A DNA stretch of 64,000 bases from an uncultured Eubacteriales bacterium (GTDB lineage: Bacteria; Bacillota; Clostridia; Oscillospirales; Acutalibacteraceae): NCBI GenBank assembly GCA_964539045.1, contig CAZIHW010000117.1, positions 17,230-81,229 of the forward strand, given 5' to 3'. Shown here one piece after another: positions 28,313 through 37,788 of the stretch. Made by a program: the position numbers and the translations under genes. The first letter of the stretch is position 1, and each line of letters opens with the position of its first letter. The notes beneath the pieces are model-generated. The model worked only from the letters and a program-made list of their open reading frames with translations. It ran no database searches and was not told the origin of the DNA.

Positions 28313-30238
28313 TTGAGTACCGAAAATAAAGATATAGAAAAAGATATCAAAAGAAAAGAGATTAAGGGCTCTCATGAAGAGCCAAAAGCAAATAAGGCTG
28401 AACAGGACATCTCTGATATAGCGATAAAGTACCTTGAGTTTTCAGACGATGCACCGGGTGATGAAAAACCGATGGCCGGGCATAAGAAAGATGAAAACCC
28501 AGGACAAAAAAAGACTGACACAAAACAGGGTGCCGGTTTTGGATTTGCTGACTTTGTGACCTATGTGGGTGAGTGCGTAGGCAGTGCTTTTGCGGCCGTA
28601 GTAGCCTTTGTTTTATCATTTGTAAAGGCTTTTTTACGGGTTATAAAGAAGGCTGTTCACTTAGTATATACGGCTGTAGACAATTTTGTTATATCCTCTC
28701 TTAAGTCTTTCAATGAAGAGTGGTCATTTTTCCGGACAGAGGTTAAGTCCGCGAGGGCTAAGATTCGTGACACTGTACGCAAATCCCCATTGGCAGTATT
28801 CTCTGTATTGAAACATTATGTAGGGGTTGCTTTTAAGCGACATCCGCACATGTTTGCCAGAATGGCCGATGTTGTACTTCCGGTCATAGGATTTGCAATT
28901 CTTGTCGGTACAATAAATCATTGGAGCTCTTCAACATTTGCCCTTAAGGTATCTTCCGGCGGACAAAACATAGGTTACGTCGAGAGTGAGGCTGTTTACA
29001 TTGAGGCCCAGAATAAGGTAAAGGAACGATTTAACGCAGATGCCGACTCAGAGGAAACCGCTGATTTGAAGGCAAAGTATACGGTGGTAACCGTCCAGCC
29101 TAACGAACTTACCGATGCCGAAACCATAAGCGACAGCATTGTTGAGAATACAAAGGGTGATTCCGTATTCGCTTGCGGTGTCTATATAGATGATGATTTC
29201 ATTTGTGCTCTTAAGAGTGAAACAGATGCAATGCAAGTATTCAACAATATAATAGATGAGTATGAAGTTGAAGACGAAAATGATGTAGTGGGATTCGTAG
29301 AAGATGTCCAATATGTTCAAGGACTTTATACAGATGATGTTATATGGAATTCCGAAAAACTTGCGCAGAAGCTGAAAACTAAGAAGTCAGAGGCCAAGTA
29401 CTATACCGTACAAACGGGTGATACCCTATCCCAGATCGCAAATGCAAACGGTCTCAAGACAAGTGAGCTCCTTGAGCTTAACCCTGATATGGGAGATACA
29501 ATTAAGGTCGGGGATCAGGTGCTCGTTTCGCATGAAGTAAACTATGTGCGCTTAAAGGTTGTAAAGACAGAGGTTACACGCGAAGAAATAGCTTACAAGA
29601 CAGTTAAAAATAACAATTCCAAACTTTACAAGGGCACAACAAAGGTTAAACAGAAAGGTATCAAGGGTATAGATGAGGTTACGAGCCTTGTTACTTATAT
29701 AGACGGTGTTCGTGTAAGTTCCCAGGAGATAGGACGCGTAACTATACAAAATCCGAGAGACGAAATTATAGATGTAGGTACAAAGAGGGTATCGACCTAT
29801 GGAGGCGGATACACACCGAGCAGATATGTAAAGGGAAGCGGTTCCCTTATATGGCCTGCTGTAGGTTGCGGTACGATAACATCAAGATTCGGTTACAGAA
29901 CTTTGCGTGGACGTCCTAATTTCCACGGAGGTGTAGATATAGCAGGAGGAAATGCCAGAGGCAAGACAGTTGTGGCTGCCGCAAGCGGACGTGTAACAGC
30001 AGCAGGTTGGGGTGGCGCATATGGTTACAGAGTTATAATTGACCATGGTAACGGTATGTCAACTCTCTATGCGCATATGCTTGCCGGTTCTCTTTGTGTA
30101 GGCTCCGGACAGTATGTATCCGGCGGTTCTGCTATAGGTAAAGTAGGAAGTACGGGCAACTCTACCGGTCCGCACCTTCATTTTGAGGTACGAATAAACG
30201 GTAATAAAGTTAATCCGGCACCGTATATAGGAGCATAA
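28313..30238 (+). CDS. Membrane-anchored peptidoglycan hydrolase with LysM, G5 and M23 (LytM) metallopeptidase domains
   Basis: LysM (YTVQTGDTLSQIANANGL...), G5 (KGTTKVKQKGIKGIDEV...DVGTK) and M23 (HGGVDIAG...STGPHLHFEV). TTG start after GAGGAGG. Confidence 0.85.
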   Translation: MSTENKDIEKDIKRKEIKGSHEEPKANKAEQDISDIAIKYLEFSDDAPGDEKPMAGHKKDENPGQKKTDTKQGAGFGFADFVTYVGECVGSAFAAVVAFVLSFVKAFLRVIKKAVHLVYTAVDNFVISSLKSFNEEWSFFRTEVKSARAKIRDTVRKSPLAVFSVLKHYVGVAFKRHPHMFARMADVVLPVIGFAILVGTINHWSSSTFALKVSSGGQNIGYVESEAVYIEAQNKVKERFNADADSEETADLKAKYTVVTVQPNELTDAETISDSIVENTKGDSVFACGVYIDDDFICALKSETDAMQVFNNIIDEYEVEDENDVVGFVEDVQYVQGLYTDDVIWNSEKLAQKLKTKKSEAKYYTVQTGDTLSQIANANGLKTSELLELNPDMGDTIKVGDQVLVSHEVNYVRLKVVKTEVTREEIAYKTVKNNNSKLYKGTTKVKQKGIKGIDEVTSLVTYIDGVRVSSQEIGRVTIQNPRDEIIDVGTKRVSTYGGGYTPSRYVKGSGSLIWPAVGCGTITSRFGYRTLRGRPNFHGGVDIAGGNARGKTVVAAASGRVTAAGWGGAYGYRVIIDHGNGMSTLYAHMLAGSLCVGSGQYVSGGSAIGKVGSTGNSTGPHLHFEVRINGNKVNPAPYIGA

Positions 30239-30253
30239 TTTAATAAAAAACAG

Positions 30254-30283
30254 CCCGCCACATAACTTTTACCTTGTGGCGGG
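30254..30283 (+). terminator. Hairpin after the M23 peptidase gene
   Basis: CCCGCCACA-loop-TGTGGCGGG. The T-tract is weak. Confidence 0.45.
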
Positions 30284-30371
30284 TATCTTATTGTGCTAAA
30301 ATATCACTAATTTCCAGGGCTGATGCCAAGGCTGAGGCTAGTGCTGAGGCTTGATTTTCGGAGGTAGTTTA

Positions 30372-30641
30372 ATGAGAGTTGTAATTACGGTAGTAGGAGA
30401 AGACAAGGTCGGTATTTGTGCTAAGGTTTCAACATTTTGTGCAGATCACAATGTAAATATCACGGGTGTATCACAGACAATACTTGAGAATCTTTTCTGC
30501 ATGATAATGATAGCGACGGTTGACAATTGCACAACATCTTTCGGAGACTTTGCTGAGTCGATTGCCGAGATGGGTAAAGAAAACGGCCTTGCAATTCGTG
30601 CCATGCACGAGGATATATTCAACTCAATGCATAGGATCTAA
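30372..30641 (+). CDS. ACT domain-containing protein (UPF0237-like)
   Basis: About 90 aa. Begins MRVVITVVGEDKVGI, consistent with an ACT fold. It is paired with the downstream UPF0210-like gene. Confidence 0.8.
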   Translation: MRVVITVVGEDKVGICAKVSTFCADHNVNITGVSQTILENLFCMIMIATVDNCTTSFGDFAESIAEMGKENGLAIRAMHEDIFNSMHRI

Positions 30642-30653
30642 GGGGGATTAATC

Positions 30654-32015
30654 GTGTTTGAAATAAATATGGAAGATGTTCTCGAGACCATAAATATGAT
30701 TGCTCACGAGAATCTTGATATAAGAACAATCACGATGGGCATATCCCTTTTGGATTGTTGTGATTCGGATATAAACAAATCCTGCGATAAGATATATGAA
30801 AAAATTGTTCGCAAGGCTGAGAAGCTTGTAAAAACAGGAGAAGATATAGAGCGGGAATACGGTATACCGATTATAAATAAGCGTGTATCAGTAACGCCTA
30901 TTTCGATGGTACTTGCGGCCAGCGGCGGCGATCCGCTTCTCTATGCCAAGACACTTGAACGCGCGGTAAATGCGATAGGAGTTAACTTCCTCGGAGGTTA
31001 TTCCGCCTTGGTACAAAAGGGGTTTGCCGCAGGCGATGAGGCTTTAATCCGGAGTATACCGGAGGCACTCGATATAACCGATCACATTTGCTCAAGTGTA
31101 AATATAGGTTCTACAAAGACCGGTATCAATATGGATGCTGTTAAGCTCATGGGTGAGATAGTGAAGCAGAGCGCAGAGGTTACAGCTTATAAGGACTGTA
31201 TAGGACCCGCAAAACTCGTTGTGTTCTGCAATGCACCGGAGGATAATCCTTTCATGGCAGGTGCATTCCACGGTGCCGGAGAGCCAGACAGCGTTATCAA
31301 TGTGGGAGTTTCGGGCCCCGGTGTTGTTCGTGCGGCTCTGTCTAAAATACCGGATGCCGACATAACCGAAGTGGCAGATATGGTAAAGAGAACTGCTTTT
31401 AAAATTACGAGAGTAGGACAGCTTGTAGCAAATGAAGCCTCAAGACGGTTGGATGTTCCTTTCGGCATCGTTGACTTGTCTTTGGCACCGACTCCCGAGG
31501 TGGGCGACTCTGTAGCACACATATTGGAGGAAATGGGTCTTGAGCAATGTGGTACGCATGGAACAACGGCGTGCCTTGCTTTACTTAATGACGCTGTAAA
31601 GAAGGGCGGCGTCATGGCTTCAAGCTCTGTAGGCGGTCTGTCCGGTGCATTCATACCTGTTTCGGAGGATGCCGGTATGATAAATGCTGCCAGAAGCGGT
31701 TGCCTGAAAATCGAGAAGCTTGAAGCGATGACAGCAGTTTGTTCGGTTGGGCTTGACATGATAGTTATTCCGGGTGATACAACACCTGCTGTCATCTCGG
31801 CAATCATTGCCGATGAAGCCGCCATAGGTATGATTAATTCCAAGACTACTGCTGTACGTGTGATCCCGGCCATCGGTAAAAAGGTTGGCGAAGAACTTAA
31901 CTTCGGCGGACTTTTAGGTTCCGGTCCGGTTATGCCCGTGAACAATGTAAGTCCTGAGAAGTTTATTTCCAGAGGCGGAAGAATACCTGCACCTATTCAG
32001 AGCCTTAAAAATTAA
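30654..32015 (+). CDS. PFL-like/UPF0210 family protein (DUF711-like)
   Basis: 453 aa. [15 protein letters not shown] near the N-terminus. Conserved pairing with the ACT protein. Confidence 0.8.
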   Translation: MFEINMEDVLETINMIAHENLDIRTITMGISLLDCCDSDINKSCDKIYEKIVRKAEKLVKTGEDIEREYGIPIINKRVSVTPISMVLAASGGDPLLYAKTLERAVNAIGVNFLGGYSALVQKGFAAGDEALIRSIPEALDITDHICSSVNIGSTKTGINMDAVKLMGEIVKQSAEVTAYKDCIGPAKLVVFCNAPEDNPFMAGAFHGAGEPDSVINVGVSGPGVVRAALSKIPDADITEVADMVKRTAFKITRVGQLVANEASRRLDVPFGIVDLSLAPTPEVGDSVAHILEEMGLEQCGTHGTTACLALLNDAVKKGGVMASSSVGGLSGAFIPVSEDAGMINAARSGCLKIEKLEAMTAVCSVGLDMIVIPGDTTPAVISAIIADEAAIGMINSKTTAVRVIPAIGKKVGEELNFGGLLGSGPVMPVNNVSPEKFISRGGRIPAPIQSLKN

Positions 32016-32025
32016 AACAATATTC

Positions 32026-32063
32026 TGAATAAATAAGAAAAAAATGAATAAATAAGAAAAAAA
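32026..32063. repeat. Perfect 19-bp tandem duplication
   Basis: TGAATAAATAAGAAAAAAA occurs twice, at 32026-32044 and 32045-32063. Confidence 0.9.
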
Positions 32064-32098
32064 CGTTCATAATAACAATAATTTATTGTTAGGAGTGA

Positions 32099-32314
32099 AT
32101 GTTTGTGTTAGATAGAATTGCATTGGCGCTGATTATAATAGGCGCCGTAAACTGGGGAAGTGTCGGTATTTGCGGTGTTGACCTTGTTGCACTTATCGGA
32201 GGCGGGCAAGACGGAATAGTTTCCAGAATTATTTATGTCTTGGTGGCCCTCGCGGGGCTTTGGTGTATCTCTCTTTTCTTCAGGCCGAACGAGGCCCTCG
32301 AGGCAAAAAAATAG
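32099..32314 (+). CDS. DUF378-like small membrane protein
   Basis: 71 aa, two TM segments, IIIGAVNWGSVGICGVDLVA pattern. Confidence 0.7.
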   Translation: MFVLDRIALALIIIGAVNWGSVGICGVDLVALIGGGQDGIVSRIIYVLVALAGLWCISLFFRPNEALEAKK

Positions 32315-32409
32315 GTCTAATTTTCTTGCAAACTACTTCCTCTCGTGTATAATTAGTATGTAGGGTGACTACTTATGTCACACTAAGTTAAAAGTGAGGA
32401 GTGTAAAAA

Positions 32410-32604
32410 ATGATAGAGATTACAAAGAGCATGTTAATCGGAGATCTTCTTGATGCCTATCCTCAGGTAGCGCCCCATCTTCAGGCCATGGGTATGCATT
32501 GTCTCGGCTGTCCTTCCGCAAGAGGCGAGTCGATTGAACAGGCATGCATGGTTCACGGCGTGAATGCTGATGAACTCATTGAGGCTATGAAGAAGTCTTT
32601 ATAA
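32410..32604 (+). CDS. DUF1858-like small redox-disulfide protein (hybrid-cluster-protein associated type)
   Basis: 64 aa. LIGDLLDAYPQVAPHLQAMGMHCLGCPSARGESIEQAC. Confidence 0.7.
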   Translation: MIEITKSMLIGDLLDAYPQVAPHLQAMGMHCLGCPSARGESIEQACMVHGVNADELIEAMKKSL

Positions 32605-32660
32605 TAATTTTTATCATATAAAACGGCGAAGTGCCTTTTTATCGGCCTTCGCCTTTTTTG

Positions 32661-32700
32661 TAGTTACGGAGATAAAATGACAGTTACGGAGATAAAATGA
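32661..32700. repeat. 20-bp tandem duplication containing the trmK start region
   Basis: TAGTTACGGAGATAAAATGA followed by CAGTTACGGAGATAAAATGA (19/20 identical). The second copy supplies the trmK ATG (32697). Confidence 0.9.
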
Positions 32701-33365
32701 AACTTTCCGAGAGATTACATATGACAGCAAATATGGTTAGACCGGGGATGCCGATAGCGGATGTCGGTACTGATCATGCATATCTCCCGGTATACCTTAT
32801 AAGAGAGGGTATAATACCAAGGGCTTTTGCGGGGGATGTTCGCAAGGGTCCCCTTGAAAATGCCCGTATGACAGTGGAAAGGTTCTCTTTGACCGACAAG
32901 ATCCAATTAGTTTTAAGCGACGGTTTGAAAAATTTTGAACCGAACTGCGTAAATGACATAGTCATAGCGGGAATGGGCGGAAATTTAATTTCCGGCATAC
33001 TGTCTGAGTGTGATTGGGTTAAGACCGTCGGAAATCATTTCGTACTGCAACCCCAATCACACGCTGAGGTGCTCCGGGAGTATTTGACAACTAATGGATT
33101 CGAGATAATCAGGGAAGATGTCGCGCGCGAGGGTAAACACCTTTATCTTGCCATGGAGGTCGTTTACACGGGCAATGTAATTCCACGTACACCGGAATAT
33201 TTCTACATAGGCGAATTGAGAAACTCGAAAAGTGCTCTTTTGGACTTATATTTAAATCATGTATATAAGCGTATAAAGACCAGAGCGGACGCTCTTGAAG
33301 GATCTGACCCGAATTCCGAGGAACTTTATTTGTTGAAATCTGTTATGTCGGGATTCGACATGTAA
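32697..33365 (+). CDS. trmK: tRNA (adenine22-N1)-methyltransferase
   Basis: IADVGTDHAYLPVYLIREG motif and trmK-nif3 synteny as in Bacillus yqfN-yqfO. Confidence 0.85.
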   Translation: MKLSERLHMTANMVRPGMPIADVGTDHAYLPVYLIREGIIPRAFAGDVRKGPLENARMTVERFSLTDKIQLVLSDGLKNFEPNCVNDIVIAGMGGNLISGILSECDWVKTVGNHFVLQPQSHAEVLREYLTTNGFEIIREDVAREGKHLYLAMEVVYTGNVIPRTPEYFYIGELRNSKSALLDLYLNHVYKRIKTRADALEGSDPNSEELYLLKSVMSGFDM

Positions 33366-33378
33366 GGAGGTACATTTA

Positions 33379-34140
33379 ATGAGTATAACTGTATCGGATA
33401 TTTACAATTTTATAGATCAGATTGCACCTTTTTCAACACAGGAAGGCTGGGATAATTCCGGTCTTTTGGTGGGCGACGGCAAAAGTGAAGTCAAAAAGGT
33501 AATGGTTTGCCTTGATGCCACAAACAAGTGCATTGACGAAGCCGTCAAAACAGGTGCAAACCTTATAGTTACTCATCATCCCGTGATATGGGAGCCTCTC
33601 AAATTCGTCCCCGGTGATATACCTGTAAGCCGTGCAATAAGGAATGGCATATGCATTGTGTGCGCGCATACGAACTGGGATCTTGCCTGCGGTGGCGTAA
33701 ATGACGTTTTGGCCAGACTTATCGGGCTTGAAAACATATCGCAGATTTCCCCGGAGGGGGATTTGTCAATGCTCAGGGTGGGAGAACTGAAAACACCTGT
33801 GCCCGCTGAAGAGTTTGCAGAGATAGTTTCCACAGCATTGGATACAGTCGTGAGGCTTGCATTGCCGAAAAAAATGATAAAGACTGTAGCCGTGTGCGGC
33901 GGTTCGGGAGCTTCTTTTTTGCCTGATCTTACAGGTCGCAATATAGATGCTTTTGTTACCGGTGATGCAAAACACAATGATTTCCTGGATGCGGCAGATC
34001 TTGATATAACACTTATGGCGGCGGGACACTATGAGACCGAGACTGTTTCCATGCCGGTCATGATGAATTTACTTAAGAAAGAATTCCCGGAGATAGAATT
34101 CACTTATTTTGAAGATGCTCCGGTCGTTTACATAGGATAG
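33379..34140 (+). CDS. Nif3-like dinuclear metal centre protein (YqfO-like)
   Basis: WDNSGLLVGD, IVTHHPVIW and GHYETE motifs. Confidence 0.85.
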   Translation: MSITVSDIYNFIDQIAPFSTQEGWDNSGLLVGDGKSEVKKVMVCLDATNKCIDEAVKTGANLIVTHHPVIWEPLKFVPGDIPVSRAIRNGICIVCAHTNWDLACGGVNDVLARLIGLENISQISPEGDLSMLRVGELKTPVPAEEFAEIVSTALDTVVRLALPKKMIKTVAVCGGSGASFLPDLTGRNIDAFVTGDAKHNDFLDAADLDITLMAAGHYETETVSMPVMMNLLKKEFPEIEFTYFEDAPVVYIG

Positions 34141-34163
34141 TCTGATTTTGGAGGAGGAAGGAT

Positions 34164-35912
34164 ATGTCTCTCGATGGAGTGTTTTTACATTGCATAAAAC
34201 ACGAACTTGAAAATTCCATAATAGGCTCAAAAGTCGATAAGATATATCAACCTTCCCCTGATGAGATAGTTTTGTCTGTGAGGACAAGAAATGACGGGGG
34301 AAGGAAGCTCCTTCTATGCACAAGGGCTAACAGTCCCAGGCTTCACTTTACGTCCGTGACCTATGAAAATCCCCCTAAGCCTCCGATGCTATGCATGCTT
34401 TTCAGGAAGCGACTCGGCGGAGCAATTGTCACCGACATAAGGCAGAACTCATGCGACCGTACCGTTTATATTGATTTTTTGGCTACAAACGAGATGGGTG
34501 AAAAAGAAAAACTGACCATAGTCATGGAGATAATCGCCCAATACAGCAATGTAATTCTGATCAATTCCGAAGGTATAATAATAGATGCACTTAAACGTGT
34601 AGACTATTCAAAGTCTTCCGTCAGGTTAATACTGCCGGGAGTAAAATATGCTTTACCTCCGTCACAGGAGAAACTCAATCTTTTTGAAACCGACTCTGAA
34701 CTTATAGAGGAAAAAGTATACTCTGTTAAGGGCAAGGCGCTGTCAGGTGCACTTCTGTCTGTGATAATGGGAATTTCACCCGTTGTTGCGAGAGAGATAG
34801 AGTTCAGGATTGAGAATGGCGAAAAACTTTCGGAAGTTCTGGACGATATAAAGGGAACGTATTTTAAAGGTTCTGACGAATACATACTTCTAAAAGACGA
34901 AAATCAAAAACCCTTTGATTTTTCATTTATGCCCATAAGTCAATATGGAGATTTTGCTTCGATTGAAAGATATAACAGTGCTTCTGAGCTATTGGATGAG
35001 TACTACAGCAGACGGGATAGCATTGAACGTATTCTTCACAGGACCTCAGATTTGCGAAAGCTCTTATCCAATGCGCGGGAGAGGATTTCGGGTAAGCTCG
35101 AAAAACAACGCGCTGAGCTTGATCTTTGTGAGAACAGGGAGGAGCTTCGTATAAATGCAGAACTTATAAAAGCGAATCTATATAGGCTTGAAAAAGGCAA
35201 TGCGTTTTACGATCTTGAAAACTATTATGACGGAAACAGCATAAAGAGAATAAAGGCAGATCCCGCTCTGTCACCCGTGCAAAATTCTCAAAAGTATTTT
35301 AAGGAGTATAAAAAAACCTACACTGCAGAGAAAAAGCTTAAGGAACAGATAGAGCTCGGTCTTTCCGAACTTGATTATATAGATTCCGTAGCTGACGCAC
35401 TCTCAAGATCTGATACGGAGAGACAAATAGCAAGTATCCGCGAAGAGCTTGTGAGCAGCGGGTATATAAGGAACAGAGGAAAGGAAAAATTAAAAAGAAA
35501 CGGGCAGAAGGTTAAAGTGAACAAGGCTCAGGCCATTCCCCCGATTGAATACGAAACAACGGATGGATACAGAGTCCTTGTAGGGCGGAATAACTTACAA
35601 AATGATAAGCTTTCAATGAAAACAGCAAAAAAGCTTGATATGTGGCTTCATACAAAGGATTTCCCCGGGTCCCATGTTATAATAGAGAGTAAGGACGGGG
35701 AGATATCAGACCGGGCTATAGAAGAGGCGGCGGTGATAGCTGCAGTTAACAGTACAGCGAGGGAAGCTCATAAGGTGCCGGTGGACTATACCTTGGTGAA
35801 GAATCTCAAAAAACCGGTCGGTGCTCGTCCCGGAAAGGTAATCTTTCATGAAAATTGGACGATTTACGTAACTCCGGATGAATCATTTGCCGAGAAATTG
35901 AAGAAGAAATAA
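34164..35912 (+). CDS. rqcH: Rqc2-homolog RqcH / fibronectin-binding protein A family (NFACT)
   Basis: N-terminus MSLDGVFLHCIKHELENSIIGSKVDKIYQP, a central coiled coil and a C-terminal NFACT-R region (MWLHTKDFPGSHVII). Confidence 0.85.
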   Translation: MSLDGVFLHCIKHELENSIIGSKVDKIYQPSPDEIVLSVRTRNDGGRKLLLCTRANSPRLHFTSVTYENPPKPPMLCMLFRKRLGGAIVTDIRQNSCDRTVYIDFLATNEMGEKEKLTIVMEIIAQYSNVILINSEGIIIDALKRVDYSKSSVRLILPGVKYALPPSQEKLNLFETDSELIEEKVYSVKGKALSGALLSVIMGISPVVAREIEFRIENGEKLSEVLDDIKGTYFKGSDEYILLKDENQKPFDFSFMPISQYGDFASIERYNSASELLDEYYSRRDSIERILHRTSDLRKLLSNARERISGKLEKQRAELDLCENREELRINAELIKANLYRLEKGNAFYDLENYYDGNSIKRIKADPALSPVQNSQKYFKEYKKTYTAEKKLKEQIELGLSELDYIDSVADALSRSDTERQIASIREELVSSGYIRNRGKEKLKRNGQKVKVNKAQAIPPIEYETTDGYRVLVGRNNLQNDKLSMKTAKKLDMWLHTKDFPGSHVIIESKDGEISDRAIEEAAVIAAVNSTAREAHKVPVDYTLVKNLKKPVGARPGKVIFHENWTIYVTPDESFAEKLKKK

Positions 35913-35973
35913 AGAGGTGCCAATTATATTACATAGGTACTGTTTTTACAAAAGAGAGCAGAACATAAAGCCG

Positions 35974-36012
35974 AAAAAAACAGAGGTTCACAAAGTGAAC
36001 TTCTGTTTTTTT
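35974..36012. terminator. Bidirectional intrinsic terminator between convergent rqcH and ispE
   Basis: A-run, CAGAGGTTCAC-AAA-GTGAACTTCTG, then a T-run. Confidence 0.75.
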
Positions 36013-36027
36013 ACAACCTTTTTTGTT

Positions 36028-36897
36028 TTACTGTATCTCTTCAATACCGTGATTTACCGGTTTGCAAACAAAAACTTCATTATACTTTTTTGATAATTCA
36101 TTTTCACAGGAACGTGCTCTTATCTCTGTATCGAATATACCATAGACAGTCGGACCGCTTCCGCTCATACAGTAGGCCAGAGCATTGTGCTTTCTCATAC
36201 ATGATTTTATATCCACACGATCAGGTACTTCCACAAATTGTTCAAATACGTTTTGTATCAATGGGTAGACCTTATCCTCGTCCCCCGTGGCCAATGCCCG
36301 CAGAATACCGTTTTTATCTGTGTGGCGTATCCTGTCTGCCTTGTCGAATGCATCATATGCTTCCTTTGTTGAAACATTTTGATCAGGCTTGACCAGTACA
36401 TAAAAATTGTCTTTCATAGGGGGTAGCGGAGCCAAAACTTCTCCGATATCGAGTGCGGCCATTGTGCCGCCTTTCAGACAAAAGGGCACATCGGCGCCGA
36501 CTTTTACGCCTATAGCACACAGACTTTCTATGTCCAGATTTGCACCGATAAGTTTGTTTAATATGTAGATAACGGCAGCCCCGTCCGCGCTTCCTCCGGC
36601 GAGACCTGCGGCATGGGGAATGTGTTTTTCTATATGTATATGGATTCCGGGATTATGTGACTTCGACGCGGAGAAAAAGCTTTCGGCAGCCTTATAGGCT
36701 ATATTGCTTTTATCACACGGTATGTCCGCGTTTGAGCATGAAATTGTTATCTCACCCGGCTTATTTGTCACAACAATGGATATAACATCAAATATACCTA
36801 CAGACTGCATAATCATAAACAGACTGTGATATCCGTCCTCGGTTTTACCGAGTATATCCAGCATAAGATTTATCTTCGCAAATGCTTTTACTTTCAA
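36028..36897 (-). CDS. ispE: 4-diphosphocytidyl-2-C-methyl-D-erythritol kinase
   Basis: KAFAKINLMLDI and the GHMP kinase motif PHAAGLAGGSADGAA. The TTG at 36897 follows AAGGGGGG and is preferred over the ATG at 36918. Confidence 0.88.
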   Translation of the reverse strand: MKVKAFAKINLMLDILGKTEDGYHSLFMIMQSVGIFDVISIVVTNKPGEITISCSNADIPCDKSNIAYKAAESFFSASKSHNPGIHIHIEKHIPHAAGLAGGSADGAAVIYILNKLIGANLDIESLCAIGVKVGADVPFCLKGGTMAALDIGEVLAPLPPMKDNFYVLVKPDQNVSTKEAYDAFDKADRIRHTDKNGILRALATGDEDKVYPLIQNVFEQFVEVPDRVDIKSCMRKHNALAYCMSGSGPTVYGIFDTEIRARSCENELSKKYNEVFVCKPVNHGIEEIQ

Positions 36898-37001
36898 CAG
36901 GTCACCCCCCTTATGCATGAATAGATTTTATCACAATATCGCAATTTTTTGAATATAATTTTTAGTCTCTGCCGATAATGTGGTTGAAAGGAAGGTTTCT
37001 T

Positions 37002-37625
37002 ATGAAGAATTTTACATTGCTCAAGCTTCAAAAAATGATTATAGCGCTGACAGTGGTTGTTTTTTTCCTTGGCCTTACCGGCTTCTCCGCGAAGTGCAAC
37101 GATATAGAAAACAGCGTACTCAGGTTGCATGTCCTGGCGAATTCGGACAGTAAAGAGGACCAGGATTTGAAACTTAAAGTCAGAGATGCAATATTGAGTT
37201 CAGGATACGATGTATTTGCAGGGGCTGAAAGTGTAGAAGAGGCTGAAAAGAAGATAGTTGAAGGCGGTGATGAGCTACTTCGGATAGCGCAGCAGGTAGT
37301 ATATGATGAGGGATTTGATTACCCGGTTACCATGGAGGTAACGGACGATAACTTCCCTACAAAGACATACGGAGATGTGACTTTACCGGCAGGAACCTAT
37401 CGTGCAGTCAGAATTGTCATTGGCAACGGGGAAGGTCACAATTGGTGGTGCGTTATGTTCCCTGCATTATGCCTACCGGGTGCTGAGGATGTTTCTATTG
37501 ATACTGTGCTCACAGATAAAGAAATAGAGTTGGTTGAATCTGACCCGGACGTAGACGTAAGGTTTAAAATTGCCGAGGTAATAAGTTTTTTAGGGAAAAA
37601 AGTAGCAGAAAAAAATGTATTTTGA
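37002..37625 (+). CDS. spoIIR: Stage II sporulation protein R
   Basis: LRLHVLANSDSKEDQDLKLKVRDA and WWCVMFPALC signatures. N-terminal signal anchor. The ATG at 37002 follows AAGGAAGG. Confidence 0.8.
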   Translation: MKNFTLLKLQKMIIALTVVVFFLGLTGFSAKCNDIENSVLRLHVLANSDSKEDQDLKLKVRDAILSSGYDVFAGAESVEEAEKKIVEGGDELLRIAQQVVYDEGFDYPVTMEVTDDNFPTKTYGDVTLPAGTYRAVRIVIGNGEGHNWWCVMFPALCLPGAEDVSIDTVLTDKEIELVESDPDVDVRFKIAEVISFLGKKVAEKNVF

Positions 37626-37788
37626 CAAATTCACTAAAATATTGATTTAATTTTGTGCTAATCTCGTCATTAATCTTCTTGAAATATTATATAAGTAATG
37701 TTATCATTATGAATAATGTGTGAAGTATTCTGATATTTTTTAAACGTATATTCATAATTTGGATTGATTAAAACGAGGCGGTATTAAA

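Noticed and set aside
31187-31945. 252-aa ORF antisense to the UPF0210 gene
   Set aside because: Shadow ORF with Pro/Ser/Thr/Ala-rich composition typical of the reverse frame of a Gly/Ala/Val-rich gene.
36919-37001. Sigma-F type promoter for spoIIR
   Set aside because: It would be expected biologically. However, I could only find a weak GCATG -35-like element and no convincing GG.A.A.T -10, which is not enough to annotate.
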